From Octopus bimaculoides (lineage: Eukaryota), in assembly GCF_001194135.2 (NCBI RefSeq), contig NC_068981.1:92763268-92827267 (forward strand): a stretch of 64,000 bases of DNA, written 5' to 3'. Under the pieces are notes generated by a model that saw nothing but the letters and a program-made list of their open reading frames with translations, had not been told where the DNA came from and ran no database searches. Both the position numbers and the translations under genes were made by a program. Positions 40,626 through 53,030 of this stretch are shown piece after piece. Within the stretch, counting starts at the first letter, position 1, and each line of letters opens with the position of its first letter.

Positions 40626-42045
40626 TATTTAAAAAAATAATAAGCGATGGCAGTCAGTTGGTTTGTTGATCAAAAGTTTTCTCCATTCTCTGCTTAATTT
40701 ATATATGCATATATATATATATATANNNNNNNNNNNNNNNNNNNNNNNNNNNNNNNNNNNNNNNNNNNNNNNNNNNNNNNNNNNNNNNNNNNNNNNNNNN
40801 NNNNNNNNNNNNNNNNNNNNNNNNNNNNNCATAAAGAGAGAGAGAAAATAAACAAAGAAAGAATAGTGTATATTCGTGCGTGTTTGGTTTTGCCTCTATA
40901 TTCTGCATTTTCGAAGGAATATAATCTAAAATTGTATCTTAAATTTTATTTTTTTCTATCGTCTGAGCGTATGTAGAAATACTAAACGCAGTTATTTAGT
41001 TTATTATTTCGGAAATAAATTACTAAATGTTTTTTGTGAATTTACTTCCAAAATTTGTCATCAATTTCAGTTGAACTTGAATAAAATCAAGCTACCAAAT
41101 TATTTTACTCGATTAATAATACTACTTTTGGCTATCACAATATTTGTCAATACTGATTGCACAGCTTCTTCATAAATATGTATGAAAAAAAAAAACTGCT
41201 CAATACAGAGAGAACTAAAGATCCAAGAGCACATTCAGACTAGCTTGCTTTGAAGAAGAGAAAATACATTAAAATACATTCAAAACAGAAAAGTGCTAAA
41301 CGACAGCAGCGCATCTAATAGACATTAGCTAGAAATATCAAACATTTTCATATTGAAATATGCCTGCAGTTGTCTCCAGCGTACAGTCCGAATGTTTGAA
41401 AATTAGATTAATCTTTCCCTAGTATTATTATTTTATATTCACAGAGTGCATATTTCTTTCGAGTTAGTTTTAAATGGTTTTAATGTTCCCTGCATTAAAT
41501 ACGCCAACGTTAACCGTTATTTTTTTATGTAGAAGGATTTTCCCGAATCCTATTACCATGCGTTTATTCTAATTATATCAATAATTCAACAAGCACGATG
41601 AAGCTATACTTCGCTTATTGAACGAAATATGACCAGAGTTGTCTCTCTTTTCTGCGCCATACTGAAAATAATATTAGAAAGAATTTGAAATGTTTTTCCT
41701 ACATTATACTCGCAGGTCATTAGTTAATGATTGCATTTTTATTAAACACTCAATAGAGAGAAACCCACATACACAAACCAATAGTTTTAAAAGCATATAT
41801 ACATGTCTAAGCAAAAAGAAAAGACATGCACATACGCAGATAAAAATACAAAACATACTATAAATTGGATCATGTGAAATACGTATCTTTTTTTTTTTTT
41901 TAACACAACAAAGATAATATGTATTGGAGTGCAACAAATGGAATGCTCTTTTGATCTAATTGCTAAACATTTAAATTCAGGGCATTTTTAACCAAATATA
42001 CTCTTTGATTTAGAACGCTATATTATTGTGCCGATTTAGCAAATG

Positions 42046-42091
<46 letters not shown>

Positions 42092-42097
42092 CTTCTA

Positions 42098-42150
42098 TTA
42101 TCTTTTACTTGTTTCAGTCATTAGGCTCCGGCCATGCTGGGGCACCACCT
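42098..42150 (-). mobile_element. SINE family B 3'-terminal fragment
   Basis: tatcttttacttgtttcagtcattaggctccggccatgctggggcaccacc matches 7795-7845. Confidence 0.75.
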
Positions 42151-42450
42151 CAAAGATATATATATAATTCGAGAATTACTATTATACGGTAATATAATCT
42201 TCAGGTATGCTAATTTCAAAATTGTTCTCATTAATCTGCCAAATTGAACATAATTACTGTTGTCTACGTAGTTTTTCTACCCAGAAAAAAAAATTGAACT
42301 TTATTTTGAAGCGTGCCAGTGATTCGAATTTCTCCGTATCTTATTCACTAAATAAGTGAATCAATGGAAGTCTTTCATTCTGGAAAATTAGTGATTTGTA
42401 TGTCGTTGTATCAACAGGCGTACTTAATCATTCTATGCCGTGGCACTCAC

Positions 42451-42661
42451 TGAAAGCCCATAAAGCTGTTGCAAGCAGCAGCCTTGCAGCCTACTAGGAT
42501 TCCAAGGAGTGGGAAACCTCTCTAGCATGGTAGAGACATATTTCCTCTTCGACAGGAAGTGAACTAGTAGACGTTTGACGGTATGTCGTGTTTCACGAAA
42601 CATAGTTCTTCGATACTCGATGTCATCAACAGAATCACGATTCGTGTATAAAGTACCATAG
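42451..42661 (-). CDS. candidate internal exon of an unidentified host gene (70 codons)
   Basis: Acceptor ttcttttctattctag|, donor tca|gtgagt, 211 bp. Only one frame is open: YGTLYTNRDSVDDIEYRRTMFRETRHTVKRLLVHFLSKRKYVSTMLERFPTPWNPSRLQGCCLQQLYGLS. Protein not recognised. Confidence 0.45.
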
Positions 42662-42794
42662 CTAGAATAGAAAAGAACATTCAGTAATTCATCTGTACGT
42701 ACGTACACACATACACACATACAAGAGATATGTAGATATAAGCTTATACGTATATTCACACATTCATACATACATACACACATACATACATACA

Positions 42795-42825
<31 letters not shown>

Positions 42826-43155
42826 GAGAACTGCTTGGAAACGTTTAGTCAATCATTTTGACTCAGTACGTAATTATTTTATAACGTCTTACTTATTTCC
42901 TTAGTCTCCGTTTTAGCGAACAGTTAAGTTACAAAGACGTAAACATAAACCGGTTGTCAAGCGGTGGCGGGATGCAAACACACACACACGCACACACACA
43001 CACACTCACACACACACACAGACATACATGCCCATATATGTTACGGGCTTCTTTTGATTCTCGTCTACGAAATCCACTCACAAGGATACACAATTGCCCA
43101 ATATTCCACGCAATTATGTTGTTCAGAAGCAAACACTTAACCACACAGCCACGCA
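42826..43155 (-). mobile_element. SINE family B (diverged, internal CA tract)
   Basis: gttaagttacaaagacgtaaac...ggttgtcaagcg...cgtctacgaaatccactcacaagg...accacacagccac is colinear with 7787-8303. Confidence 0.75.
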
Positions 43156-43585
43156 AATAGCGATACAGTGAATTGACTAAAATACATAAAAATAAAGAGT
43201 ACACGGATCAGTTACCTAGAGAACGCTTTTAGATTTACTATAGTTAGCTTTTTATAACGTAGCAGCAAACTTCGCTCCCTAATTTTATTTTATTTTAGTT
43301 TGTTATTTTTTTCATCTTCAATTCCTGAATCTCTTAATTCCTACTCAGCTATTTATCCTTAAAGTTGATTCTATCTGTGTCGAGCAAATCTAGATCTGCT
43401 CAGGGCTTCTCTGGCTACTATGCTTTTTGTGTACGTAAATATTTCCCTTAAGAAAGATATACGAAATAATTATCTAGACTATGTTAGTAGACTTACTAAA
43501 GGTAGAGTTTAACAATATAGATGCAAATTCCACCCACTTTTAAAACAATTTTCCTATCTTTAGTCCAGTTCCTATTCTTCGAATT

Positions 43586-43882
43586 GTGGAGGCGCAATGG
43601 CCCAGTGGTTAGGGCAGCAGACTCGTGGTCATAAGCTCGCGGTTTCGATTCCCAGTCCGGGCGTTGTATTATTTCACCACAACTTTATCTCACTCTTTCT
43701 ATCTGTTTCTGTTGTACCTGTATTTTAAAGGGCCCGCCTTGTCACATTGCGTCACGTTGAATATCCCCGAGAACTACGTTATGGGTACATGTGTCTGTGG
43801 AGTGCTCAGCCACGAGCAGGCTGTTCCGTTTATCGAACCAACTGGAACACTCGACGTCGTAAGCGATGGAGTGCCAACAACA
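43586..43882 (+). mobile_element. tRNA-derived SINE family C with two internal deletions and a TSD
   Basis: Head gtggaggcgcaatggcccagtggttaggg...gtttcgattccc and (CAA)n tail. TSD attcttcgaatt (43574-43585) / attcttctaatt (43883-43894). Confidence 0.92.
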
Positions 43883-45749
43883 ATTCTTCTAATTACTCGT
43901 ACACTGTCTATCTTATACCGCTTGTGGTGAAACATATCTTGACCTAGTAAGCGCTTCTCTAAAAACTAAGTTTATTGTCATGCCATTCCCTTTAAAAGTT
44001 AAGGGTCCATATAGGATAAAATGATAACATACTTTATTGCCATATCGTATTACACATCAACCCCTACTATCTTCTACATGAAACACACACATCCCTCTTC
44101 TAAATTAACCAAGAATCAAACACCGAACTCTTCTGTTCGATTGAAAAACCCGTATTGGTAATATGAGTAAAGGGATCTATGAATTAGAAACACACGTCAG
44201 ATAGGGATTTAAAGTGAATGCATTGTATATAATACAGTGATAAAGAAGCTTTCAAAAGATATATAATGTATGGAGGGGTGTATTTTTGTGTAGAGAAATC
44301 AGTGTGTATATGTGTACTCATTTTATTTTCCAAGCTTTGAATATATTGGTCGGAAAACTGAAGTTATCCAGTAGTCAAAGCTGCGTGTGTGTGAGAGACA
44401 GAGAGAGACAAATATAGTGTGCATCTGAGTGTGGTGTGTGTGTCTGAGTGTTGTCTATGTGTCTGAGTGTGGTGTGTGTGTATTTAAGTGTTTGTATGTG
44501 AGCGTACGCACAACACTCACACATATAGTCTCACATTCCTTTTATATTTTATATCTAAAATAAAAAGAAACAGGCATCAAAGTCATTGATGTCTTAGTAT
44601 CGAACTCTTCATTTGAAATATGATCGAAAATCTAATGTAACTTAGCTGCTCTGCTGAACATTCTTTTGTATGTTTTCATAGCAAGCAAAACGCGTTTCAA
44701 CTCTAAAACATTTAGAGGTTTGATATTTCTATAACGGTCGAATAAATTGCAATTGTCGCAAGATATATATCACAAAGGTTTCGAAACACAAATAGTAAAT
44801 GATCCATGTTATGAAAATGTTAGTTTCTTTTTATCAGTGTTTCCCTTCCTCCTCCAACATGGATGCACAAATAGATATATTTCCTATATGCATGTGTATG
44901 TCTGTATGTATGCATGTATGTATGTATGTATGTATGTATGCATGTATGTATGTATGTATGTATGCATGCACGTATGTATGCCTGCATGTATGTATGTACG
45001 TATGTGTGTATGCGCTTATATGTGTGTGGATACGTGTGTGTGTGTGTGTGCAGAAATGCATACAAAATAATCAGTAGTGCGCGAAGAACTACTTTTCTGG
45101 AATTGTATGTTTTATACATTGTAGATTACAATTCTCAAAACATTTATTCCGACTGTTTTTTCCGATTTCTGTTTTAAAGATCTGTGATTTTAATTCTATT
45201 GAGAGCACAACTATCAAGATTCATAAAACAGTTCTACAATTTGCTGGAAGTACTGCCATGCGGACTAATACCACATATGTTTGGGGAGACCGTTGAGCAA
45301 AGCGGGTGAGAAATTTTACAAAGTATGTAAGCTGTTCCAATAAATGAAAGCATACAAAAATGATTTTGTATTAACATACATTCGTTAAAATCATATAATG
45401 TTTCGAGAAAGATTCTTCTTTCCATACAACAGAAAGAAAATAATGATTAACCCACCAAAAACTGCAATAGCCTGCAGATAACAAACGCTAATGATTGAAA
45501 AGGAAAAAATATAACATTCTAAAACTATAAAATAATCATAACTGTTGATGATTAAAACATAAAACTATGAAAACAAAGAAGAAATCGATAATAGTCACAT
45601 CTAAAAGTAAACAGAAATACATAGAAGCAAACTGGGGAGAAGTGTTACTCAACAACAATCCAGATTTTCTAATGTTTTTCCACAATTGTAATCTACGATG
45701 CTTAATTCATGCGCGTCCCAAAAATATGAGTTCCTTTGTAATGAGTAAA

Positions 45750-45830
<81 letters not shown>

Positions 45831-45928
45831 ACACACACATACACACACGCACACACTCAAACACACGCACGCACATATGTATGTATATGTGTATGTATGT
45901 GTGCGTGTGAGTTTATGCTTGCGTGTAA

Positions 45929-45930
45929 GT

Positions 45931-45987
<57 letters not shown>

Positions 45988-45988
45988 C

Positions 45989-46028
<40 letters not shown>
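45929..46028. repeat. (TAG)n microsatellite
   Basis: Direct reading. A (CA)n tract lies just upstream at about 45752-45860. Confidence 0.95.
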
Positions 46029-46329
46029 TGGTCATATTTCGATCGCGTGCTCTCACCATGTAACTGTATACTTCTTAGTGAGTCTTCTATAGTTTACTGC
46101 TTTGCTTTGTTTTGGCATTGTTTTATATTTTCTTTACCATTAATATTATTCCTCTTAATATGTGCACGTTGTATCTTTGTAGTGCTTTTTAAAACTATAT
46201 AACATAACAATTGAATGCTGTTTATTAATACATAGCCTTGTCTTTTGGTTATGTATTTGCCTACATCTGTCTTAATAATTTCCAAGTCACTTAATTATAG
46301 TAAGAGATTTTGTGTTTCGCTTTAACCAA

Positions 46330-49000
46330 AACCAACCTATTTCCAATATTTGTTTCCAGGTCCTTATATTTGGATATTTTTAGTTGTTTTAGATTTACAC
46401 CATTATCTGTGGGTACTCATAACATCAGTTAGAAGGCAGTGACATTCTTTGTTGTCATTGATAGTAATATGTGACAAACCAGCATTGAATTGCCTGCAGC
46501 TGTACACACTCAATTATGTCATACATGTGCGTGTATTATTTCTTGGTCATAAGCGAACAACCAGGGCGGTACAGGTATTTGTTTCTAGTTTTGACATATT
46601 CTGCAGTTCGTATATTAGGGAGCAACTTACCACATACAGCTAGGGTATTCTTCTGAATCTCCACTCTTCCTCGGAGAGGGCTGGGGGTTCAAGGAAATAG
46701 AACTAACGGTGGGATCAGGTGGTAGAAGATGCAAATTACGGTGATAACTGTTGTAAAGCAACGGTAATGAGGACAAAGTAATAGAACAAAGGATATGATG
46801 TGGATACGCAGAACCGTGGTGCAATTGTGCGAATGTAATTGGTAGGTGGATGTTGGCAAATACGCATAAAGAAATTTCTCGGAACTCCATTGACTAGATT
46901 TTATCGTAAAGTCAAAAGTGTATAATTAAGGATCAAACAGAAATGGAGTAATATGAGTATAGTACAGAAGGACTTTGTGTGAATGATATTAATCGCAAGT
47001 GTGTGAACTGGACGTAAGAATCAATCGATCTTAAAAAATATACAGAAGGAGAGGTACGAAACAATTTCAGAAGTATGTAAGTAATTGACAGAAGTATTCG
47101 ACCACGTTCGATGAAGGAGGTGACCTGATCTTTTGTGAGAGAGAGTTTTTCAATGATGCTCTCGTCAATATAACGAACATAGAAATCAGGAATATAGCTA
47201 ACATATTGGCATATACGGGGTCTGTGTTTAGGTTTATGACATAATTAATGGCACGATAAAGACTCATTTTGATACGCATTTTTAATTTGGCGTTCTGGCA
47301 GTAGAACTCATAAGCAAAGAGAAGATTAACGTGAGAATGACTTTAACGAGTGTGCAAAAGATTTAGCTACAGCTATTAATGTTAGGAAAGCTAAGCATTT
47401 GTTAAAGCAGAAGGATGATGATGTTAAAAGATTTTGTGCACATTATCTGGCATATTTTGAAGGTTTCAGAGAGAATGCTTTAAAAAACGATAGACATATT
47501 GCTGCGGATGTCGGATGCCAAGACAAAGAACCTAACGTAGACAGAGTAGCTTCGGTTTATATTTTTTCTTAGGTCTATATTGCTTCGTCAATCTTACGAA
47601 TGTGGAGGCGCAATGGCCGAGTGGTTAGGGCAGCGGTTTCGATACCCAGACCGGGCGTTGTGAGTGTTTATTGAGCGAAAACACCTAAAGCTCCACGAGG
47701 CTCCGGCAGGGGATGGTGGCGAACCCTGCTGTACTCTTTCACCACAACTCAATCTTACTTCCTGTCTCTGTTGTGCCTGTAATTCAAAGGGCCAGCCTTG
47801 TCACACTCTGTCACGCTGAATCTCCCCGAGAACTCCGTTAAGGGTACACGTGTCTGTGGAGTGCTCAGCCACTTGCAGGTTAATTTCACGAGCCGGCTGT
47901 TCCGTTGATCGGATCAACTGGAACCCTCGACGTCGCAAGCGACGGAGTGCCTGTAACAACAACAATCTTACGAATAAGATCTTTTTTCTCAACAAGGTCG
48001 CCCTCTGCCTCTTTAAATATGTTAAGTTTTGTTGCTGTTTCTTAACATTTTGTAACTTTATGATTTTGTTGTACACTGCAGATATTTATTTGTTCTCGTA
48101 TCTAGACTATTTTAGGCAGAATGTCCTCCCAGTCAACGACCAGCGTAAGCATGTTGTTTTGAACAATATTATCTTTACCCCGACTCTTCCCTCTCTATAG
48201 TACTTCTCTAAATTTTCTCAATTTTCTTGGCGTACTGATTTATATTTTATTTGCAATTTCTTAATGATAAAATTATTTGTGATTGAAATAAGCTATTTGT
48301 TTTCCATAACGGTGGGTTCTTTACAATTTAGCGAGGATTTGTTATTTCATGTTTTCTCTTTGTTGTATAAGTCAGTTTTTTTTTATTTTTCATTTGAGTT
48401 TTTCTTATTGATTTTGCTGCAGATTATGTGACGTTTTCTTTTGTTTTTTTTTAACCTTTTTACGTGTTTCTTTCCCGCGCTGTTTGCTTGATTTTCATAT
48501 AAACAAATCTGAAGGAGTGCTCACTTAATTCGCAACTTTTTAGCGGTTACATTATTAAATTCATCTTGGTGATAGTGATGTTGGCATCAGTTTACATTAA
48601 CTCTCAGACGGCCAGGTTTGCGGAATGTTCTATTATTGTTTTTTTCCTTTTTTATAGTTAAGATGTTTTCGTTGATAGATAGGAAGAGTTATTGATTTTA
48701 ATTCTTTAATTATTCCCATCTATTATTGTTGCGTTCATGATTTCAATCTTTAGTATTTTCTATTCTTGAATATTTTAATATCCCTTTTCTTCAAGATTTT
48801 GTGTGTTTTCTGGTTCCGTTTATGGTGATGATTATATTGTTGTTCCTTTAGGGTTTAATTTAGTTATTTGCTTTGGTTTGCGTGTGTTAATTCCATGTTC
48901 ACTGTTTTTGCATTTTTGCATGTTGTTCCCATTTTTGCAACATATTTGTCTTTTACTAGTTTGCTTAAATTCTTTATGTATTTCTGTTTATTAATTTAAT
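46330..49000 (-). mobile_element. long decayed Penelope-like element, interrupted by a SINE C
   Basis: Minus strand: PVYANML, then PDFYVRYIDES at 47159-47190 (motifs B/C), an F.MRIC-like stretch, YHRNLHLLPPDP, and a Cys-rich region before the GIY-YIG. The upstream limit is uncertain. Confidence 0.65.
47602..47962 (+). mobile_element. tRNA-derived SINE family C with a perfect 13-bp TSD
   Basis: TSD caatcttacgaat at 47589-47601 and 47963-47975. A/B-box head, 3' stem-loop gtcg(caag)cgac and (CAA)n tail. Confidence 0.95.
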
Positions 49001-49449
49001 CTGCATGTTCTGGAATTAACTTGTCTGTTGGAATTCAAACTTAATTTTAGACACGAAATATTTCCTTTCTAAATTTTGCAAGGAAGATTTTCGTGAAAAC
49101 TTCGAAGTTTGTGCTGTGAATAGCAGAAAAATAGGCATGGTCAATAAACACATACGCAATTTCGCTTACACTTCTACTGTTCTGCTTGTTGGCTTTGAGA
49201 AAAAACTTCTAAAACTCCATTTGAATTATCATTTTTTCATCATTTACCTTTTTTTTCTTATTTATTTGAAACGAGGAGGGTATTTGCATGTTCATATCTT
49301 ATATTTTGTGCGCCTCAGATTCAATGTACACATTTACTTTTGTCGAATGCAACAGTTTTCCTTGCAATCATTAGTCACATTTTGTGAATGCTGAATCGAG
49401 CTCTGTAACATGAGATCTGACTCGTGCTACGTGAATTTATTTACATGAG

Positions 49450-51050
49450 ATGGTTAGTCGTCGACGAGCGAAAGCATTTGTAATATATTTCTTATATGCA
49501 ACAAACGTTGGCAATTCACAAATATATTTGTCCTCAGGCGTTTTGTGGTCTGAGAGTCCAGTAGAGCCAGAATAGTTTCTGAGAATGTGCACTTTCAGGT
49601 GTTTCTGAAAATTACAGTCGAAATATTATTATTGTGCCTGACGTCATACTTATGCCCAGTGAATATTTAATTGCATTTCTGTGCAACAAACATGATTCTA
49701 ATTGAATTTGATGCATTTCACTGCGTACAACAAATGGAAATGTTTACACGTCCCACCTTCAGGATAAATCAGAATACTTTTGTAATGATTTGTGATGGTA
49801 TTGACTTCACTCATGTTGCTGGACAACAAACCGGACTGACCTCTCTTGCAGATGGTAGTTTTATTGGTGTTAGAGTTAGTGGTTAATTGCTCTCTTATAA
49901 TTGTATTGTGTATGGAGGCAACAATAGGCGGATGAGATAATATTTGTTTGAAACGGGGATATTTCGTTGAAATATGCTGGTAACTTTCATCCAAGACTTT
50001 TGAAATGCCAGAGAAATTGCGCTGCGAGTTAATCACTAAAAAGATTTGATCACAAAATTTTACTTTGGCTGCTGACATTATCCGTGAATGTTGGATTTTC
50101 CGTGCTGATTTTAGCTATGTCATTTGCGATTTACTCTAATCGTGATTAACTGTAATCGCGTTTAATATAACGGCGTACAAAAGCATTTGCGTGTTTCCAG
50201 TAATCTCCTGTACAAATCCGTTTTATCATCGAAAACTGGGATTTCGGATTTGACTTAATTGTGCGATGTGCATGATTGGGGTGACGGTGAAGGTAAATAT
50301 GGGAGCTTGTCTCTTTGCAAATAACTCGCTTCAAATTCCGTTTTCCGAAAACTAAACTTTTCTGTCCAAAAACTCAACGCTAGATATTGAAAAACTCAAC
50401 GTGAATTTTTCACCGTAACAGTCACAGAAATGCAAGAAGTTCACTTAGCTGTCTTGCGATCCTTCTCAGACAAACACGATATCATCATTGAACCGTAACT
50501 TGAGTATTAGTCCATGGCTGTGCAGAGATCTGAATGTTTCTATTATATGTAGCTGATATTCCCTAATAATGTCGTTATTGTTCTTAACTGCCCCTGACCT
50601 ATCCATGGCGCAACACATTGTCTGATGGTAATGTTTTTGTCCAAGTTTAATTGTGTTACATGCTAACACAAACTTCAATAATTTACAGAGAAAAGTAGAT
50701 GGAATACTGTTGTTTCACCGTTTTTCAAAACCACTAATGCACGCTTCCACATCTCATTATGGTCAATATTTGGATGCAGTGAAGAAACGTCAATGGTTAC
50801 CAAATCACAGTACTCGACATTACTTCAGTGCTTAGAAAAACTGTTAATTTTGGGCACAAGGTCAAAAGTACACCGAATATAAGAACTGGATCGTTTTGCT
50901 ACAAGGAATAGAAAGCCATCTAGCCACGCCGAAATTTTGGTTTTTAACGTTGCTGAAGAAGTCGGCCCTTGTAATTTAGAAACACATTAGTGATGCGCAA
51001 AGATGCATCCAAAGTATATCTATTCACAAGAATCTCCACCTCGTGCGATA
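49450..51050 (-). mobile_element. Penelope-like element, decayed RT plus GIY-YIG
   Basis: Minus strand: ISAWLDGFL...SSYI, LVTIDVSSLHPNIDH (motif A), FVLACN..Y.Q..CAM, LRFNDDIVFV (motif C), YLH..NH...SQF..KRIC, PPIVA, FTGHKYDVRH. Confidence 0.85.
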
Positions 51051-51069
51051 CATCATCATAGACAGCATG

Positions 51070-52140
51070 TGTAATGAAGCTTGGCGTGGGTGAAGCCCGG
51101 ATCAATTTCAATAAATGAAATGTCTTCGATAGGGATGACGACCAATATTTGACGGCCGTTTTCGCGCCAGCCGGTTACAGTTCCCTATTCCAGTTGGATT
51201 ACCGCAATGTACAGCGACATCTAATGGGTAGTTCGGGTGAATGGTTACTAATCGGAGCAATTCAGCATCATGCACATGGTTCGTCAAGGGAGTCTTCTTT
51301 CATCTTTTCAGTATGTACTGGCTCTAGCATCAACACTCCAGAAATTGGAGATGTTGAGAGGAATCCAACATGAACTAGAACGTGGGAGAACCGTGTCAGC
51401 ATACGCAGACACCGTCATAGTCGTTGTGTCGAACATCAGGTACACAGACTTGATTGGCACTACTCTACAGGAATACGTGGCGGTGATAGGAGGGATCAGT
51501 TAAATTGCTCTGGTTCTGGTTTGGTCGAGATTTCTGGGACAAGGTAACGAGCAGTGTGGCCATTCTCACCCAGAAAAGAGCCGACGCAAAGCTTTCTCTG
51601 AAAGATCGGGCAGAGGTGGCGAATGTATACATTGGCTCCGTCAAATATTATCACCAGACTGTCGTCCTCTTTCTGTGAAGGGAACACATTCCATGGTTAG
51701 GCGCGCCATCTTTTGCCAACACCCAATAAATGGAGGACTAAAAATGCCACGGCTGCTAATGCGCAGGTTTGCACTGAGGCTACATCTCCAGGGTTTCCTT
51801 GATGGTAAGTAGGTGTGTTCGTTATTTATCAGCCTCCTTCTTCCGCAGCTTGTCTCTTTGGGTGAGCTACAGTTCTGGATCAAACGTAACAGAGGTAGGG
51901 TGCCTAGGGCCTATAGTATTGCCTGGTGCTTGTAGTATTGTCAGCTGCTGACAATCCCCTGTCATTCGGACAATGCTGTCGGTGGAGTTACCATTTTGGC
52001 GTCCTATAGAGGGCTAGGGGTGGGTAAGTGCGCCTGTAAATTGAAGGAAGATGTGGAAGTTGTTCTAGTAGTGAAGCCGACCATTTTTGTGGTATTTCTC
52101 AGAGCAGCACTAGGAAGTCTCCTTCTTTTGGGAAATGTTT
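51070..52140 (+). mobile_element. L1/Tx1-type LINE reverse transcriptase fragment, decayed
   Basis: FDR.D..YL.AV, VRQGSLLS, SAYADT (YADD), KLLWFWFG, LSLKDRAEVANVYI, QHPINGGLKMP. Confidence 0.85.
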
Positions 52141-52254
52141 CGTTGTTAGAATGTATATTATTGGTTTTCTGTGTACACGCTTCTATTTATGTAAACCCAC
52201 ATTGTATTGTCCTGTACCGTATCAAATGTGTTTTTTTATGAAACCTTAGTGGTA

Positions 52255-52255
<1 letters not shown>

Positions 52256-52302
<47 letters not shown>

Positions 52303-52323
52303 ATTATTATTATTATTATTATT
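52256..52323. repeat. (TTA)n microsatellite
   Basis: Direct reading. Confidence 0.95.
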
Positions 52324-52325
52324 AA

Positions 52326-52540
52326 GGTGATGAGCTGGCAGAATGTTTAGGGCACTGAGGAAAATTCTTAGCATCATTTCGCCTGTCTTTATGTTCTGAC
52401 TGCAAATTCAGCCGAGACGGGATTTGCCTGTTATCGTTTCGGGATCGATAAAATATGAACCAGTTTAGCATTGGTAGTCGATGTTATCGATGTACCTGCT
52501 CCAGAGAAATTGCTGGCCTTGTGGCAAAATTTGAAATCAT
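52326..52540 (+). mobile_element. SINE family A
   Basis: ggtgatgagctggcagaatgtttagggc...gggatcgataaaatatgaaccag...gaaattgctggccttgtggcaaaatttgaaa. Confidence 0.85.
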
Positions 52541-52807
52541 TTTCTTCCTCTTTTTATTATTATTACTATTTTTATTAACACTTCAGTTTCATTGCAGCGC
52601 TGCGTTTTGGCAACGGGCAATGACATTAGATTTCCCTGTTATTCTTATCATTATTGTATCGAAAGAAATTAGGTGATATGTGTACAGCACCTAGTAATGC
52701 GACTGTCGGATTTTATGTGTTGGGGTGCATTTCATGGATTTGTAGATATGTATTTTTCTTTATAAATTTTCTTTGGTCGTATGCATGATCATAGAACGAT
52801 GTGGGAA

Positions 52808-53030
52808 GGCGGTGAGCTGGCAAAATTGTTAGCACACCTGGAAAAATGTTTAACAGCATTTTCTGTCTTTATGTTCTGAGTTCAAATGCCGCCGAGGTCG
52901 ACTCGCCTTTCATCTTTTCAGGGTCGGTAACAAAAGTAGCAATTGAGCACTGGGATCGATATAATTAACTTATGACATACCCCCTCCCTCGAAATTGCTG
53001 CCCCTTTACCAAAAGTTGAAACCAATATTA
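52808..53030 (+). mobile_element. SINE family A
   Basis: ggcggtgagctggcaaaattgttagcac...gagttcaaatgccgccgaggtcgactcgcctttcatcttttcagggtcgg. Confidence 0.85.
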
